From contig SMSO01000025.1 in the NCBI GenBank assembly GCA_004764695.1, positions 3,038,001 through 3,102,000 of the forward strand: DNA of 64,000 nucleotides. The letters run 5' to 3'. The position numbers and the translations under genes are program-made. The stretch comes from Schizochytrium sp. TIO01 (lineage: Eukaryota > Protista > Bigyra: Labyrinthulomycetes). The stretch's first letter is position 1. Each line of letters starts with the position of its first letter. Below the pieces are notes generated by a model, which was not told the DNA's origin, did no database searches, and saw only the letters and a list, made by a program, of their open reading frames with translations. Positions 58,801 through 64,000 of the stretch are shown here, piece after piece.

Positions 58801-59687
58801 TTGCGTGTAACTGCACGTTGGCATGAGGCATGCGGTTACGAGACACCGCTGTGTGTACTAAGTGATGGTGAAATCGCTTTCTGCGATATGAAAACACGCT
58901 GTCACTTTATAGATAGATGGAGATGAATAGATGCTCTGCTCTGCTGTGCTCAGCTCTAGTCATAGATGCTTGGAAAGAAAGCCCATGCAGAGTGTCAGGT
59001 TTCCGTGCCAATTAAGGCAGACCCACTCACGCCACGCCTTCCGGGGTGGTGGCGAATCCTCTTAGTTGCTGCTCGCTTGACACTCCTTCGCGGCAAGAGC
59101 AAGGAAGAAAAGCACACTCTGGCGCTCTGTCTTTCCTACTTGTCCTCCCTCACTTCTATTTCGAGGCTCGTTCAAGTCCCATTTTGCTTGAAGAAGGAGA
59201 AGAAGAATATAAGAAAGCCCTGCCAGTTACTTTTGTATTTTAATTATAAGAAGAAAATGTATTGCTTCAACTTCTTAGAGATCAAAAGAAATCGAATCGC
59301 TGTTAAATCTAACGCATCCGGCGGTTTTTTGTTTCAAATAATACACTCTGTTCAATTTATTTATGAAGGAGAGCGCCTCACTTTAGTGATGTTTACAATT
59401 CTTCTTTTTAACTATGTCTAAAACTAGTTTTTGGTTTCTTTAAATCCTGATAACTTTTTTTTTTTTTTTAAAAGAAGAGATTTTTATCTTTATTTTAAAA
59501 ACAAAAACATAGAACAGTTTTTTGCTTTTTAATCCTTCTAAATTTTCAAAATTATATTCAACAGGAATAAAAAGGAGTAGAATAAGAAAATGAAAGCGGC
59601 GAAGAGATTTTCGTTTCTCTACGATAAGAACGGGAACTTGAACAAGGAACGCCAAGAAGAACCCGAATTAAGCTGAGAAAGAAAAAG

Positions 59688-59718
<31 letters not shown>

Positions 59719-61183
59719 ACGAACGCCAAGCGGGAACTATCTAAGCAAGCAGCCTGCTTGCTGCTGCTCGCCAATCATTGCTGCTTTTCTTCACCCGTTC
59801 AGGGCTAGTTGCTCCAGCCAACCAAAGGCAGAGAGGCCGACACCGCGTCCCCCTCCACCCATATATGCATGCACGCTCATGCGTCGTCCTTCCCTTCGAT
59901 CGCGCTGAGCCGCCGTTGCCTTTTGTCGAGTGGGCTGGCGACCACCCAGAAATGCTGAGCGCTCCCTGGCTCGCATTCCTTGGTTCGTTCCTCTTTTTTT
60001 TCTCTTTCTCTCTTTTCTTTTCTCGCCGTCTGTTCGTTTGTTTGTAGCCTTTTATTTATTCTGGTTGTGCGCTTGTTTGTTGGTTTAATAAATTGGTGGT
60101 TCTTTGCTCATCCAAGTTTTGGGACTTGTTCGAAATACTCACGCTTTCTGAGACCAAACCTAGCTAGACCTGGGTTTCGTTCGTTCGCTTGTTCGCTTGT
60201 TCGTTTGTTTTACGTGCCTTTGATTGATGAAGGCGCCATTCGCCGAAATAAGAGCCAGGTCCTTGCATTTCTTGTTTTCATTTCTTTTCAATATAAAATA
60301 ATTTTCTTTGTTTGGAGACAGGCAGAGAAGAGTAGAAGGCAGCTAGCTAGCTAGCTAGCTAGGTATAGATAGACATGCTCAGCTGCGCTGTCGAATGGTC
60401 TCACTCTGGGATCGATTGAGGAAATTCCGTTCGGCAGATGAATGAATGATTCGGTCGATTTCGTGGCATCGATGGGAGGTTGGCGCTGATGAGATGATTC
60501 CAATGGATAGATTAGCTCAGTTTAGATTTAGCTCAGATCAGCTTAGATTAACGTAGTTGGATTTGCTTTGACTGCCTGCCTTGGAGTCAAACGCCCAAGC
60601 TTACCAAACACGCCTTGGCTTGGAACCCATCCAGCTTGAAACGAAGCCAAGGGACAGAGGAAGGAAGGCAGATTCGCTCCAAGTTTCAGCCTCTTGTTCG
60701 TCGGAGCGGCCAGTTTATCATACCTAGATGGATTCATGGATGCATGAACATGGATGAGTGGATGGATGGATGGATGGATGCTCACTCACGCAGTCCCTCC
60801 TCAGGCGCCCAAGAACTTAACTCAGTTAGTTATCTTCAGCAAACGCGCCTCTTCTTCTTTCTTCGCCTTGCTCCCCATTTCTCCAAACGGCCATCCATGA
60901 GAGCATTGCTGCGAGAAATCGTCTCGAATCGCCATCTCTCTCTCTCTTCAAATCTAACGAACTCTCTATCTAGGGCACCTTAGTCAGCTTCATCTATCTG
61001 TCTCTGCCTCTCTGTATCTATCTATCTATCTATCAATCTATCTCTCTATCTGTCTATCCATGTACTTCTGTATCCCTGTATCCCGCCTGTATCTGTGTAC
61101 CTACGTATCTACAGTGTACCTACGTATCTGCAGAGGCGGTGTCCACAGCGATTCTCGCTGACCATCTCCGGAGGATTCATGCC

Positions 61184-61186
<3 letters not shown>

Positions 61187-61220
<34 letters not shown>

Positions 61221-61265
61221 GACCTCCAGCTGGCTGGCTGGCTGGCTGGCTGTCTGCCTGCCTGT
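61187..61265. repeat. Compound microsatellite (GACA)8 / (GCTG)6 / (GCCT)n
   Basis: Seen directly. Confidence 0.9.
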
Positions 61266-61660
61266 CTGGCTCGCCTCGGCCGGGCCCCTTTCGATCGACA
61301 CGGCTGAGCCGGCCGGGGGGGATCGGCCTGCGCAAAGTCCTTCTCAGAGCAAGCAATTTTGTCTCCGTGCCTGCGTCTGACTGACTGAGAGTCTGAGGAT
61401 GGACGGATAGATGGATGGATGGATGGATGGATACGCTACACAATCGATCAAGCGACATCGATAACTGACTGACTGACTTACTCACTTGCTTGCTAACTTA
61501 CTTACTTACTTACTTACTTCTGATCCCACGCAGCAATGCGGCGAAAGAAGAGTTGAGCTGACGAGACTGAGGCGTCCATGGATCGTTCGACAGGGAAGCG
61601 AGCGGCCTTGCTAGCGTTAATGGTAGCCCAGGCGGTATCTACTAGCAGCTACCGGAAAAA

Positions 61661-61678
61661 GAATGAATGAATGAATGA

Positions 61679-61730
<52 letters not shown>

Positions 61731-61760
61731 ATGAATGAATGAATGAATGAATGAATGAAT
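61661..61760. repeat. Compound microsatellite (GAAT)4(GAAA)13(GAAT)8
   Basis: Seen directly. Confidence 0.93.
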
Positions 61761-63141
61761 GAAAAGAGAGTTATTAAAGGTCGCTGACTTCGTTCTTCGG
61801 AATTGCAAGCAGAAGGAGGAGAAAAAGAAAAGCTCGTCGCACGTGCGAATTGCGGATTAGCGCCATGAACGAGCAGGCTCTGCGATTAATTAATTCGTGG
61901 CTGCGGCACCCATCTCCGGAACGAGTTGGAGGGTGGCTGCCTCACTCGACTCACTCAATCGCTCTGTGCGATGAGGTGAGCGGTATCGCATACATACGCG
62001 AGAGAAGAGAGAGTCTCAGCAGCGGCTGATCGATCATGTACGAACGAATGAATCTATGCGTGGATCTCCGCGTGTATGTTAGTTAGTTAGCTTATAGACG
62101 CAACTGCGGAATCGAGAGGTAGCAGGTTCTACGAGTGACATCGCGGAAAAGATAGTAATTCTCAATTCTGTGAGACGGTAGGACTAGTAGGTAGGAAGGT
62201 ACCACCTACCTACCTTGGCAGTAGTAAGTAAGTAAGGAAGTAAGTAAGTAAGTAAAGAAGTAAGGAGTAAGTAAGTGAGCTAACTAACTACGAACTACCC
62301 AGAGACAAGCTAAAAGGGAACTTCTTCAGGGGGGCCTTCTAGGCAGCCTAAGCGGGGCCTAAGCGGGGCCCAGCGAAGGTGCGGGGAAAGAAGAACGCAT
62401 GGAAAGGCGAATGGGTGGATAAAAGTCTTTCGCGAGTTCTCGTTCACGGCAAATCGCTCGTCGCGCTCTCGGTGGACACCGCAACGTTCTCGTCGCAGAT
62501 TCATTCCTTCATTCGTGCGAGGCGCGGGGTGCAGAAACGCAGTCACTGCTGCTGTCACGCCACCCACTCCCTCGCGCGTCGAGAATGTTGCCGGTGCCAC
62601 CATGGCAGCACGAACGGACCCTCCTCTCCGAAATCTGCAACTTTGATTGATTGATTCATTGATTCATTCATTCATTCATTCATTCATTCGATCGTTCCCA
62701 TTGAAATCACAGATTCTCCAACTTTATGACTTTTAGATACAATTAATTTAGTTTTAGTTTAGAAAAAGCTCGTAATAGATAAATAAATGAATATACATAT
62801 ATATAAACAGAACGATAGATTCCGCAGAGCCAATCAATTGAATCCAACCTTGATCTCACAACACACTCACGCTCACAAAATAAGATAAACAGCAGCAAGC
62901 TTGCCTCGACACTTGCCTCCTTTGGACTCGTATTTGCCTCAACTACCGATGCCAATTGGAGCTCGCAGATTGCGCACTCGAATGTAGCACTAGGAAACTA
63001 CCTCAATCCTGATATACATATATACGTGTATGTATGTATGTATGTATAAATAAATAAATATATCTACCGTCGCGTCTTTCGTGAATTGATTGGTCTACCT
63101 CCTTCAAAGAAAGTCCTCAGAAGGCTGTGAACCCCCCAATA

Positions 63142-63205
<64 letters not shown>
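63142..63205. repeat. (AATC)16 microsatellite
   Basis: Seen directly. Confidence 0.93.
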
Positions 63206-63206
<1 letters not shown>

Positions 63207-63572
63207 GTCACTCACTGAGTGGGTGAGTGCCAGTCGGCCAGCCACCCATCCATGCTCGAGGCAGAAGGTACGTACGTAGTAGGTACGTAGTGCCGTGGAC
63301 ACGCGGTCTCGTGAAGTCTGCTGAAGCTCGCAAGCTCTTGCTCGCGCACCCGTTTCCGCTCCATTCTCCTTTTCGTACTACATAAGGACAGCCATCCTAT
63401 GCTCTATTATCCAGAGTTGTGCTTGCTTCTTCTTCTTTCTTTTTCTTTCTTTCTTTTTTAATTTAATTCTAATTCTAAAACAAAATAAAATGGTAAAAGA
63501 ATCTTTATGATCGAACAAAGGTGAAGAGTTCTCAGCTTGCTTTTCGCAGTCTTTCTTTTCTAAGCTACTCGG

Positions 63573-63770
63573 AAGCTTTGAAGAGAAGAAACTTTGAAGA
63601 GAAGAAGCTTTGAAGAGAAGAAGCTTTGAAGAGAAGAAACTTTGAAGAGAAGAAGCTTTGAAGAGAAGAAACTTTGAAGAGAAGAAACTTTGAAGAGAAG
63701 AAGCTTTGAAGAGAAGAAACTTTGAAGAGAAGAAACTTTGAAGAGAAGAAACTTTAACTTTGAAGAGAAG
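63573..63770. repeat. 16-bp minisatellite AA(G/A)CTTTGAAGAGAAG, 11 full copies plus a disrupted terminal copy
   Basis: Units start every 16 bp from 63573; two variants differ at position 3. Confidence 0.95.
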
Positions 63771-64000
63771 AAGAGGAGACACGAAGCAGGCGAGGAAAAG
63801 TCCGGTCATTTCCATTTTTCGAGCGCCGTTGCAGGTGACTGAGGCTGCACAAACCAACACCTTTCCACGGCAAGTGGAGCGAGCAGTCAGCCCAAGATGT
63901 TACGCCCACGCAAGCAACCCAGGCCTTCCAATATCTGTCTACTTTGGCTGGCCACGCACGCTCGAGCTTTAAGTTGGCTCTCACGTGCAGAGCCCTTCTC

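Noticed and set aside
63378-63860. 160-aa ORF with repeated SSLQSFFSSK, and a CRISPR-like look of the repeat
   Set aside because: It is simply the translation of the 16-bp minisatellite. There are no unique spacers and no cas genes.

Overview
Eukaryotic nuclear DNA of intermediate GC content, with intronless CDSs and dense tetranucleotide microsatellites between genes. This style suggests a thraustochytrid/labyrinthulomycete stramenopile (Aurantiochytrium/Schizochytrium-like), which is an inference. About 15 protein-coding genes lie in the first 46.5 kb: a 7TM-RGS protein, a small double HCCC-motif protein, a membrane-anchored coiled-coil protein, a polytopic membrane protein, RCC1, ISY1, a HAD-IIA phosphoglycolate phosphatase, MBF1, a small putative mitochondrial membrane protein, a NIPA Mg2+ transporter, an AAAP amino-acid transporter, an OCIA-like protein, an O-fucosyltransferase-family protein, GMP synthase and a transcription-factor-like protein. 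The last ~17.5 kb has no convincing CDS. Top observations: (1) the RCC1 orthologue carries an N-terminal helical module resembling the conserved nuclear-basket-targeting segment of Nup50/Nup2, a possible Nup50-RCC1 fusion; (2) a SUMO-motif-rich TF-like protein with an unrecognised C-terminal domain sits next to the gene desert; (3) a ~250-nt nested fold-back (candidate structured RNA) at 26.9-27.1 kb; (4) an 80-bp tandem duplication with one-sided GC->AT transitions. No tRNA, rRNA, CRISPR array or autonomous transposon was recognised. Family assignments come from recalled motifs, not database searches.
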